Shown here: piece by piece, positions 29,426 through 38,680 of the stretch
How positions within the stretch are numbered: position 1 is the first letter of the stretch
Layout of the letters: each line of letters opens with the position of its first letter
Source: Methanoculleus sp.
Lineage (GTDB): Archaea > Halobacteriota > Methanomicrobia > Methanomicrobiales > Methanoculleaceae
Assembly: GCA_035363235.1 (NCBI GenBank)
Contig: DAOSER010000001.1
Span: 1 to 48,402 of the forward strand
Direction of reading: 5' to 3'
Length of the DNA stretch: 48,402 nt
Made by a program: the position numbers and the translations under genes
Notes under the pieces: generated by a model
The model's input: only the letters and a program-made list of their open reading frames with translations
What the model was told of the DNA's origin: nothing
Database searches by the model: none

Positions 29426-31569
29426 AACAGGTATTGCTCGACCTGCAGTCCGGGTCTATCCAGGTGGAGAACGTTCCCGTTCCCGCCGTAACGAGGGGGG
29501 TCGTTGTCGAGAACGCCTACTCCCTCATCAGCGCCGGCACGGAGTCGTCGCTGATCAACCTTGCGGGAGAGTCGCTCATCGGCAAGGCGAGGGCACGTCC
29601 CGACGACGTGAAGAAGGTCCTCCAGAAGATCGGGACGGACGGCCCCCTCCCGGCATACCGGCAGGCGATGAGCCGTCTTGCAAAACCGGAGCCGCTCGGC
29701 TACAGTTCTGCCGGCACCGTGGTGAAGACCGGGACCGACGACTTCGAGGTCGGCGACCGCGTCGCCTGCGCCGGGGCCGGGTATGCGGTGCACGCCGAGT
29801 ACGTCGCGGTCCCGAAGAACCTCTGCGTCAGGATACCGGACGGTGTCGGTCTGCGGGAAGCGGCGTTCACGACCGTCGGATCGATCGCGATGCACGGTGT
29901 CAGAAACGCCCATGTCACGGTGGGCGAGAACGTCGCGGTGATAGGGCTCGGGCTGATCGGGCTTCTCACCGTCCAGATCCTCAAAGCCGCGGGGTGCCGG
30001 GCGATCGGGATCGATATCGACCGGGAGAAACTCGCGCTCGCGGCAGACCTCGGTGCCGATGCCGTCTCGAACTACGATGGCCTTGCGGAGAGGATGAAGG
30101 TCTTCTCGCCGTTCGGGGCGGATGCGGTCGTCATCACTGCGGCCACCCCGTCAAGCGCCCCTATCGAGGCCGCGGGCCGCCTGGTCAGGGATAAGGGCAG
30201 GGTCGTCGTCGTCGGGAACGTGGGGATGAACGTGCCCCGCGATATCTTCTACGAGAAAGAGGCGGAGGTCGTCGTCTCCCGGTCCTACGGCCCCGGACGC
30301 TACGACAGAAACTACGAGGAGCGGGGGGTAGACTACCCGATCTACGTCCGGTGGACGGAGCGGAGGAACATGGAGGCGTTCCTCGAACTGGTGCGGCAGA
30401 AGAGGATCGATCTCGATCGCCTGATCACCCATACCTTTCCGCTCGACAAAGCGCCGGAAGCCTACAACCTCATCAACACCGGGAAAGAGCGGTTCATCGG
30501 GGTCCTCCTGCAGTACAGCCCGAACGGTTCGGACGCCGCCGGCACCGTCACCCGCCTCCCGGAGCCGGGGGCACGAAAGCGGAAGGTTCCCGCCGGGGCC
30601 CGGACGCTCGGGTGCATCGGCGCCGGGGTCCACGCCCAGAGCGCCCTCTACCCGCACCTCTCCACCCTCCCGGTGAACCTCGCGGGGCTTGCGACCGCGA
30701 CAGGGCTCTCGGCGCACGCGGTGGCGAAGAAGTATGGGTTTGCCTACTGCACCACCGACTACCGCAGGATCCTCGACGACCCCGATATCGACGCGGTGAT
30801 GATCGCGACCAGAAACGATCTCCACGCACCCATGGCGGTCGAGGCTCTCCGTGCCGGAAAAGATGTATTCGTGGAGAAACCACTCGCCACCGATATCGAC
30901 GGGCTTAGGAAGATCGCTGCGGCCTACAACGAGTCGGAACAGAGGCTGATGGTCGGATTCAACCGGCGCTACTCCCCGCTTGCGAGGAAGATGAAGGAGT
31001 TCTTCGGGAACAGGGCAACCCCTGTAGTCCTGCATTACCGTGTCAACGCCGGGCAGATCCCGCCCGAGCACTGGGTGCACGATGATGAACAGGGCGGCGG
31101 CATGCTGATCTCGGAGTGCTGCCACTTCATCGACTTCATGCAGTACATCACCGGGGCACGGCCGGTCCAGGTCTATGCCCGGGCGATCGAGCCGACCGGG
31201 ACCCTGCAGAAATACGACAACTTCCAGGCTACCCTGACATTCGACGACGGGTCGGTCGGCACCGTCACCTACACGACGCTCGGTGACCGCTCCTACTCAA
31301 AAGAGACGGTCGAGGTCTTCTGCGACAATGCCGTAGGGAAGATCACCGACTTCCGCGACCTCGAACTCCGGCGGGACGGCAAGTCATCAAGGGAGAGGCG
31401 GTGGCTCACCCAGGAGAAAGGGTTTGCCGAGGAGCTCCTGGCGTTCGTGAAGGGCGAGGAGACGGACTTTATCGGCAACGTCGCGACGACGCTTGCGACG
31501 TTCGCGGCGTGGGAGTCGATCGATACCGGGGCGCCCAGAGAGATCGATCCCGGGCGGGTCGGGTTGTGA
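29422..31569 (+). CDS. Bi-domain oxidoreductase (Zn-ADH-like + Gfo/Idh/MocA)
   Basis: SLISAGTE, PLGYS, GLGLIG, SRSYGPGRYD, VFVEKPLA, VGFNRR, ECCHFID. Confidence 0.92.
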   Translation: MKQVLLDLQSGSIQVENVPVPAVTRGVVVENAYSLISAGTESSLINLAGESLIGKARARPDDVKKVLQKIGTDGPLPAYRQAMSRLAKPEPLGYSSAGTVVKTGTDDFEVGDRVACAGAGYAVHAEYVAVPKNLCVRIPDGVGLREAAFTTVGSIAMHGVRNAHVTVGENVAVIGLGLIGLLTVQILKAAGCRAIGIDIDREKLALAADLGADAVSNYDGLAERMKVFSPFGADAVVITAATPSSAPIEAAGRLVRDKGRVVVVGNVGMNVPRDIFYEKEAEVVVSRSYGPGRYDRNYEERGVDYPIYVRWTERRNMEAFLELVRQKRIDLDRLITHTFPLDKAPEAYNLINTGKERFIGVLLQYSPNGSDAAGTVTRLPEPGARKRKVPAGARTLGCIGAGVHAQSALYPHLSTLPVNLAGLATATGLSAHAVAKKYGFAYCTTDYRRILDDPDIDAVMIATRNDLHAPMAVEALRAGKDVFVEKPLATDIDGLRKIAAAYNESEQRLMVGFNRRYSPLARKMKEFFGNRATPVVLHYRVNAGQIPPEHWVHDDEQGGGMLISECCHFIDFMQYITGARPVQVYARAIEPTGTLQKYDNFQATLTFDDGSVGTVTYTTLGDRSYSKETVEVFCDNAVGKITDFRDLELRRDGKSSRERRWLTQEKGFAEELLAFVKGEETDFIGNVATTLATFAAWESIDTGAPREIDPGRVGL

Positions 31570-31719
31570 CGCGGTTTGGGTGTTGGTAGCAGGGTTTTAC
31601 ACCCTGCACGAAGTTCGATAGGCCGCTCGTAATCGCACCTGGCGATGCTCCCGCCCGTCGCGACCAAAAAAACACCTGGAGTGGGCCAGGGGGGCCCCCA
31701 TCTGAGCCCGACTCAACGC

Positions 31720-32811
31720 TTACTGGGACGAGAGACGGGCGTTCCTGACGTAAGCCAGCTGCTCGCGGATCCTCTCCGGGATCGTACGGGAATCCTTTAC
31801 CGTAACGGCCTCCCCCCACTCCTCCCGGCACGAACAGTCCAGCCCTTCGAACTCCCCCGTATCGAAGTGGCAGTTGTAGCGCTCGATTGCGCTCGTGACC
31901 TCGGCGTCGCACTTACCACAGTTTCGGGCCCAGTCGAGGGACTCGACCGAGTAGTTCCAGGGACTGACGTAGACGTGGGCACGGTCCCCGAACCGCTCCC
32001 GGCACTTCTGCAGGAGGTCGACCAGGCTCCAGAGCCACGGCGGGCGGTAGAGGTTGTTCTTCCAGAGTTCATGGACAACGGTATTCTTCTCGACCGTCGT
32101 CACCTCAAGGTCCACGTAGTCGATCCCGCGGGAGATGCAGTAGGCTACAGTCTGCAGGATATCGTCTATCGCCTCCCCCTCGGTAAGGAACGGCGGCTTT
32201 ACCAGGAGAAGCGGTTTTGTCAGCACCCCCATACCCCGCATCCTTGAATGAAAAACATCGAAGTTGTTGGCCGAAAACCCCTTGTTGATGCAGAGGTTCA
32301 TCACCTGGGAGTTCGCGGACTCAAACCCGAAGGCCACCTCAAGCTGCCGCCCGTTTAAGGCCTTCTTCATTTTTGCTACATGTTCATCCGGCGAGTAATC
32401 GATCCTTGACTCGACAATCACCTTCCTGATGTTCTTATAGCCATCAATATACGAGCAGATCTTCTCGATGGCAGCAACCGGCATCTCATGTTCGTTAAAA
32501 ATATTGCCGTCGTTGTATATCGAGACGATCGGGTAATCTCCGAGATCGACGGCGTCCATCACATACTCGAACTGTGCGACGTATTCCTCCGCCGAGATCC
32601 CCCTGCCCCGGGATGTCGCACAGTAGAACCCGCACATGGTGCATCCCCCGGTCTTCTCGACCCACTCGCAACCCGTGGAACGGAGGAAGATGATCAACCG
32701 CCTGATGGGCCGGTCGTCAAGGTAGCCTACCCGCTCCTCCCAGCCGATAGGGACCGTAAAATCGAGGTTTTGCGGGCTGTCCCCATTCTGCCTGCGTAAA
32801 CTGCCGGCCAA
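31720..32811 (-). CDS. Radical SAM protein, TIGR01210 / RaSEA-like (Elp3-related)
   Basis: LRSTGCEWVEKTGGCTMCG (CX8CX2C), VESR, FESAN, INKGF, KPPFLTE, YRPPWLWS, NCGKCD, CSCREEW. True start may lie up to 33 codons further upstream. Confidence 0.85.
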   Translation of the reverse strand: MAGSLRRQNGDSPQNLDFTVPIGWEERVGYLDDRPIRRLIIFLRSTGCEWVEKTGGCTMCGFYCATSRGRGISAEEYVAQFEYVMDAVDLGDYPIVSIYNDGNIFNEHEMPVAAIEKICSYIDGYKNIRKVIVESRIDYSPDEHVAKMKKALNGRQLEVAFGFESANSQVMNLCINKGFSANNFDVFHSRMRGMGVLTKPLLLVKPPFLTEGEAIDDILQTVAYCISRGIDYVDLEVTTVEKNTVVHELWKNNLYRPPWLWSLVDLLQKCRERFGDRAHVYVSPWNYSVESLDWARNCGKCDAEVTSAIERYNCHFDTGEFEGLDCSCREEWGEAVTVKDSRTIPERIREQLAYVRNARLSSQ

Positions 32812-33345
32812 TGTTCGTATCTCGTCCAGAACGTCATTCTCTGTTGGGAGACCCGTAAAGACCTCCGCATTGCTACTGCTATCAGGTACGGCCTTCTGAA
32901 GAATGATTATCCCCCCTGTCCCGGGTATACGCCCTCACGTCGTGTGTGCACGGCTCCGGTGACTGTCGCCTTATCTTGCTAAGACATACCCCTGATGGGC
33001 TTTTGCATATTTATAGTTTATCCAAACGCTCATTTCATCGGGCCATGTTTGCCAAACGGCACTATCATGCGAGAATTTAAGGAAATCGGACCGTCCATCG
33101 AAAAGAGCCGGCTCCGCACTCCCACGATGTTTCTTCCGGAGGGCTATCCGTCCATCCATAGAACTCTGATCTCAAATGGAGCAGATGACAGCATGCCAAT
33201 TTTTATATACGCCGTTGGAGGGTATACTCTCTCGGTGCACCGGGAGGAACATCGTCCGCGGGACGGTGCTCCCGGCGGGCTGCCCGGGAAGCGGCTAGAG
33301 ACAGCCCGGCAAGAGCCGGGAAATGATGAGATGAGAAGCGGTACA

Positions 33346-33365
33346 ACAGTGCCGTTCCAGTACGT
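33346..33365 (+). repeat. 20-bp leader motif, copy 2 (ACAGTGCCGTTCCAGTACGT)
   Basis: 18/20 identical to 23275-23294; immediately before ATG 33366. Confidence 0.6.
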
Positions 33366-34829
33366 ATGGCGGAAGAATACACAAAAAGGGGAGAGAAGAT
33401 CCTGATACGCCTGGGAGAGAGATTCTGCGGCAGGGAATCGTTCACGGTGAAAGCTCTCGGCATCCTTCCCTCCTACAATGTCTATCGAAAGACTTATGCT
33501 CTCCTCAAGCGGTCCTGCCGGTGGAGCCCTGAGGAACTCGCAGCCTACCAGGCGCAGGCGCTCTCGCGCCTGCTTGAGCACGCCTACGAGAACGTCCCCT
33601 ACTACCGCCGCGTCTTTCGGGAGCGCGGGCTCGTGCCCGGGGACATCCAGACGCCCAAAGACCTCGACCTCCTTCCCTTCCTGACCCGGGAGGATCTCCA
33701 GGCCAACCTCCCTGACCTGAAGGCCGAAAACTACCCAGACTCAGCCTTCGAGTATGTCACCACCGGCGGCTCCACCGGGATCCCGGTCGGGTTCTACTAC
33801 GAGAAAGGGGTCTCCCGGGCCCGGGAATGGGCGTTCATGAAGACTCAGTGGGACCGCGTCGGCTACCGGTTCACCGATCGCTGCGCTGTCCTCCGCGGCT
33901 ACATCGTCGGGTCCGCCAGAGACGGCGTCTTCTGGAAGAAGACGCTTTGCGGCCGGTGGCTGCTGATGTCCTCCCACCACATGACCGAAGAGACGCTCCC
34001 CGCCTACATCGACCGGATCCAGAGGTTCAAGCCCCGGTTCATCCAGGGATACCCATCGGCGGCCGTGATCCTGGCGCGGTACATGCGGGAACACGGCATC
34101 GAGCCGTTCCCCACCGTCAAAGCCGTCCTCTGCGGGTCCGAGAACCTCTACCCCTGGCAGCGGGACCTGCTCACCAGAACCTTCGGGTGCCGGGTCTTCT
34201 CCTGGTACGGGAACTCCGAGCAGACGGTGCTTGCCGGCGAGTGCGAGGAGAGCACCCGATACCACATCTTTCCCGAATACGGAATCGTCGAGCTGATCGG
34301 CCGAGACGGCCGGCCTGTCGAGGAGCCGGGCGCGATGGGCGAGGTGGTCACAACCAACCTCACGAACTACGTCTGCCCCCTCATCCGCTACCGGACCATG
34401 GACCTTGCCACGGCAGCCAAAGGGGTCTGCACCTGCGGGCGGAACTACCCGCTGCTCGAACGCGTGGAAGGTCGGGTTCAGGATTTCATTGTTACGGGTA
34501 AAGGAGAATTTCTCCCGGGTATTGCCATGAACATCGATACCGATGCGTTCGATAACGTTAAACAGTTTCAATTCTACCAGGAGAAAGTCGGAGAAGTCGT
34601 CCTGAATATCGTGAGGAAATCGGCATTCAGCCAGCACGATGCGGAGTACCTCTACCGGGAAGTGAGCCGGAGCTGCGGTGACGACGTTATCATCTCCATC
34701 AGATACGTCGACAACATACCGCTCACCGCTCGCGGCAAGTACCGCTACTTCGTACAGGACCTGCCGATATGCTTCAGCGAACGAGAGGGGATGAAGGTTG
34801 ACCATGTATCACCCGACATACCTGTCTGA
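33366..34829 (+). CDS. Phenylacetate-CoA ligase-like / CapK-type adenylate-forming enzyme, paralog 1
   Basis: HAYENVPYY, LPFLTRE, TTGGSTG P-loop, YGNSE, PLIRYRTMD, VEGR, GKYR. Confidence 0.88.
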   Translation: MAEEYTKRGEKILIRLGERFCGRESFTVKALGILPSYNVYRKTYALLKRSCRWSPEELAAYQAQALSRLLEHAYENVPYYRRVFRERGLVPGDIQTPKDLDLLPFLTREDLQANLPDLKAENYPDSAFEYVTTGGSTGIPVGFYYEKGVSRAREWAFMKTQWDRVGYRFTDRCAVLRGYIVGSARDGVFWKKTLCGRWLLMSSHHMTEETLPAYIDRIQRFKPRFIQGYPSAAVILARYMREHGIEPFPTVKAVLCGSENLYPWQRDLLTRTFGCRVFSWYGNSEQTVLAGECEESTRYHIFPEYGIVELIGRDGRPVEEPGAMGEVVTTNLTNYVCPLIRYRTMDLATAAKGVCTCGRNYPLLERVEGRVQDFIVTGKGEFLPGIAMNIDTDAFDNVKQFQFYQEKVGEVVLNIVRKSAFSQHDAEYLYREVSRSCGDDVIISIRYVDNIPLTARGKYRYFVQDLPICFSEREGMKVDHVSPDIPV

Positions 34830-34838
34830 CCGGGGGAT

Positions 34839-36239
34839 GTGCATACGAAGACCGGTCTTTTGAGGTGGGGGTGGGCATCCCGTGCGAATCCGCTCACTGT
34901 AAAGGCGCTCAGCCTGGTGCCGTCTTACCGCACATACCGGCAGATGTACACGCTTCTCCAGCAGTCCCAGTGGTGGGGCCCTGAGAAACTTGCGGCCTAC
35001 CAGGCGGAGGCGCTCTCGCGCCTGCTCGATCACGCCTACAGAAACGTCCCTTACTACCGCCGGGTCTTCCGGGAACGCGGCCTCGTGCCCGAGGACATCC
35101 AGACGCCCAAAGACCTCGACCTCCTTCCCTTCCTGACCCGGGAGGATCTCCAGGCCAACCTCCCTGACCTGAAGGCCGAAAACTACCCAGACTCAGCCTT
35201 CGAGTATGTCACCACCGGCGGCTCCACCGGGATCCCGGTCGGGTTCTACTACGAGAAAGGGGTCTCCCGGGCCCGGGAATGGGCGTTCATGAAGACTCAG
35301 TGGGACCGCGTCGGCTACCGGTTCGGCGACCGGTGCGTCATCCTCCGGGGACACGTTGTGAATGCGGCATCAAGCGGCGTCTACTGGAAGAGAGCGCTCT
35401 TCGGCCGGTGGCTGATCATGTCCTCCCATCAGATGACCGAAGAGGTGCTGCCGGCCTACATCGACCGGATCCAGAGGTTCAAGCCCCGGTTCATCCACGC
35501 CTACCCCTCCACGGCCGTGATCCTGGCGCGGTATATGCGGGAACACGGCGTCGAGCCGTTCCCCACCGTCAAAGCGCTCCTCTGCGGGTCCGAGAACCTC
35601 TACCCCTGGCAGCGGGACCTGCTCACCAAAACCTTCGGGTGCCGGGTCTTCTCCTGGTACGGGAACTCCGAGCAGACGGTACTTGCCGGCGAGTGCGAGA
35701 AGAGCACCCACTACCACATCTTCCCCGAGTACAGCGTCGTCGAATTGATCGGGAGCGACGGCCGGCCCGTCGAGGGACCGGGCGCAATAGGAGAGGTGGT
35801 CACAACCAACCTCACGAACTACGTCTGCCCCCTCATCCGCTACCGAACCATGGACGTTGCGGTCGCTACCGAGAAGCAGTGTTCGTGCGGGAGGAGGTAT
35901 CCGCTGCTTGAGAAGGTGGAGGGAAGGCTTCAGGAATTCATCGTAACCCGGAGCGGGCACCTGATCTCTGTCACCCCTATCAACTACGAATCGAAAGCCT
36001 TCGAGAACATCAAGCAGTTTCAGATGTATCAGGAAGAAAAGGGCGAACTCATCATAAAGGTCGTCAGAAAGCCGACCTACACCAGGGAGGACACTCGGCA
36101 GCTGACGAGGGAACTCCGGTGGCAGCTCGGCGACGAGGTGAACGTCCATGTCTGCTTCGTCGACGAGATCTCCCGAACCGAGGGCGGCAAGTTCCGGTAT
36201 CTCATCCAGAAACTCCCGATCTCCCTCGGGGACCTCTGA
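34839..36239 (+). CDS. CapK-type adenylate-forming enzyme, paralog 2
   Basis: Same motifs as paralog 1; GTG start after GGGGG. Confidence 0.88.
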   Translation: MHTKTGLLRWGWASRANPLTVKALSLVPSYRTYRQMYTLLQQSQWWGPEKLAAYQAEALSRLLDHAYRNVPYYRRVFRERGLVPEDIQTPKDLDLLPFLTREDLQANLPDLKAENYPDSAFEYVTTGGSTGIPVGFYYEKGVSRAREWAFMKTQWDRVGYRFGDRCVILRGHVVNAASSGVYWKRALFGRWLIMSSHQMTEEVLPAYIDRIQRFKPRFIHAYPSTAVILARYMREHGVEPFPTVKALLCGSENLYPWQRDLLTKTFGCRVFSWYGNSEQTVLAGECEKSTHYHIFPEYSVVELIGSDGRPVEGPGAIGEVVTTNLTNYVCPLIRYRTMDVAVATEKQCSCGRRYPLLEKVEGRLQEFIVTRSGHLISVTPINYESKAFENIKQFQMYQEEKGELIIKVVRKPTYTREDTRQLTRELRWQLGDEVNVHVCFVDEISRTEGGKFRYLIQKLPISLGDL

Positions 36240-36243
36240 TGGA

Positions 36244-37302
36244 TCAGTCAAGGTAGGAGACGACCCTGCGCTTCAGCCAGGGTTTGTTGACGACGGTGCT
36301 ATAGGCCCATTCCGCCAGCGTCCCGACCATATCCTTCCGAAAGACCTCCATATACATGCCGAGACCCGAACAGAACCTGGATTTGAAGAAGTTCAGATCC
36401 GGCGTGTTTGCTCCGATATTCTCCAGGTATGAGTATCCTTCGGCCTGTGCACGCTCTATCAGGAGCCACTGGAGGTACTCGTTACCGGCATGAGCACCCT
36501 CGATCCGCGGTGTTCCCATCCAGAGAAGGAAGCGTTTGTACTCCTGAGTGGCGACGGCCCCCGTGAGCGCACCTTCCCGGTCGTAGAGGTAATAAGCCGC
36601 GAGATGGTCCGGATATGCCCGGAAGAGGTCCTCGAAGTAGCGCCTGCCGACCATCGGGATGTTCATTTCCGGTTGGCTGAACCGCTCGGCAAGCGACGCA
36701 TACAGTGCTGAAATATCGGCGCTTCGCACGAAGCCCATACCGGCCTTTGCGGCCTTCCGGATCTTGCTTCGGAGTTTGTAGTGAAAATCACCCCAGATCG
36801 ACTCGATCGGCCGCGAGATGTCGATTACGTAGGTGTAATGGACCTTCGGGGCATACCCCCGCCAGAGGAACTGCCTGACATCGGTGAGGCCGGGAACAAG
36901 AGTCAGAGAGAAGTAGTGCGGCGAGATAGCATCGATCTCCGCGGAGAGATCCCCTGCAACGAGATCCATGATCTCCTCCCTCTTGGCCAGCTTCAGCGTA
37001 TCGAACGTCCTCGACGGGACGAATCCCTGGTAGGGAACGACCGCCTGCATGGGCGGCGGCGAGAAGAGCATCTTTACCCCATGCGTGCTCTTTAAGAAGA
37101 GCGGAGCGAGGCAGACAAGTTCCTCCCCCTTGTAAATCCCGTAGGGGAGGAGCCGATACCCTGCGTGCTCCGCGGTGATCGTTATGTAGTCCCACTTGTG
37201 GAAGAGCAGCCCGTACGGGCTTTCATCGACAAACGAGTCCCATACTTCTCTATCTTTAATGAACTCGAGCACCATAGAGCCTGACTTCCGGCGATCGGTC
37301 AT
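36244..37302 (-). CDS. FemAB-like GNAT-fold transferase, paralog 1
   Basis: WDSFVDESPYGLLFHKWDY, YTYVIDIS...IW...LRSKIRKA, GNEYLQW, GAN..L..FKSRF. Confidence 0.82.
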   Translation of the reverse strand: MTDRRKSGSMVLEFIKDREVWDSFVDESPYGLLFHKWDYITITAEHAGYRLLPYGIYKGEELVCLAPLFLKSTHGVKMLFSPPPMQAVVPYQGFVPSRTFDTLKLAKREEIMDLVAGDLSAEIDAISPHYFSLTLVPGLTDVRQFLWRGYAPKVHYTYVIDISRPIESIWGDFHYKLRSKIRKAAKAGMGFVRSADISALYASLAERFSQPEMNIPMVGRRYFEDLFRAYPDHLAAYYLYDREGALTGAVATQEYKRFLLWMGTPRIEGAHAGNEYLQWLLIERAQAEGYSYLENIGANTPDLNFFKSRFCSGLGMYMEVFRKDMVGTLAEWAYSTVVNKPWLKRRVVSYLD

Positions 37303-37432
37303 GTCAGACCGCGCCCGCTACAGGATACCACAAAGGGTATATTTATACCTTTCCTGGAATCTGCCGGAAGCGGTGCCCTGAACGGTTTTCAGTGGACCAG
37401 AGAACAATGCTGCCCCGGGGGACCGCTCCCGT

Positions 37433-38460
37433 TCACCTGACATATGGGACCATCCTCCTCTTGATCAGGGGCCTGTTGACGATGTTGCTGTACGCCCACT
37501 CCGCGACCCTGCCCACGCCGTCTTTTCTGCTCACCTCAAAAAAGGTTACAAGATCCGGATTGTACTTCGCTTTGTGCATATTCAGGTTCGGGTTGTTCGC
37601 CCCGGTATTCTCGAACTCCGAAAAGCCCTTCGTTTTAGCGTCCCGGAGCAGGCACCACTGGAGGTATTCGTTTGCTGAGGTGCCGTCGATCTTCGGCCCA
37701 CCGACCCAGAGGACGTAGCGCCTGTACTCCAGGGTCGTGCCGACCCCTTTGAGGCCCCCGTTCCGGTCGTAGAGATGGTAGACGCGGGCGTGATCCGGAT
37801 ACGCACGGAAGATGTCTTCAAAATAGCCCCGGGTGATCATCGGGATGTTCATCTCCGGCTGGCTGAACCGCTGGCGCACCGTGTCGTAGAACCGGGTGAG
37901 GTCGTCTCCTCCTCCAGGTGGTAGCCGTTCTTCTCGAACTTGCGCAGGCTTGTGCGCAGCTTCGCGTTCAGGTTCCCCCAGAGGGTCTCGAGAGGCGGCG
38001 CGAGGTCGATCGCATACGAGTAGTTGATCCGGGTCAGGTAACCACCCCGGATGAACGGGCGAATATCCTGAAAACCCGGGACGAGGGTCATCGAGAGGTA
38101 ATTCGGTGCGAGATCCCGCATCACCTCCCCCAGTCCGTCGGCCATCAACTTCAGCATCGACTCTTTTTTGCTCTGCTTTGCTGCTGCGTAGTTCCTGCCC
38201 ATGACCACCCCGAGATACGGTATGACCGCCTGCATGGGCGGCGGCGAGAGGACAATGGATATCCCGTTTGTCTGTCTGCAGAAAAGGGGGCAGACAGCGA
38301 TGAGTTCTTCACCCCTGTAGATGCCGTAGGGAAGAAAGATGTACCCGGTGTGCCGCTGTGTGATCGTTAAGAAGTCCCACTTATGAAAAAGAAGACCTGA
38401 CCGGCTGGCATCGATGAACATGTCCCAGATCTCTCTGTCAGTGACAATCCCGACTGGCAA
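37433..38460 (-). pseudogene. FemAB-like GNAT-fold transferase, paralog 2, split by a single frameshift near 37905-37915
   Basis: ORF 37849-38460 gives the N-half and ORF 37433-37879 the C-half. Shifting frame in CTGGAGGAGGAGACGAC joins ...GYHLE to GDDLTRFYDTVRQRFSQPEMNIPM, collinear with paralogs 1 and 3. Confidence 0.8.
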
Positions 38461-38680
38461 ACTGCTGGTCCTCCACCCGGCCGGAACGCTCCGGCTGGTC
38501 CTTATCTCCTGCGATCTCCAATATAAGGGTAACGGTTGCCGGGACCATGGCGGGCACAGAGGGTCAGGGGTGCCGAAGAAACATGGCGCCCGTCAAGGCC
38601 TCATGATCATCAGGAGTTCGGGGCCGAGCACCTCCGGATTGCATGCATTGCCCGGTGCCTGATGAGGCCGGCAGCGAAAC

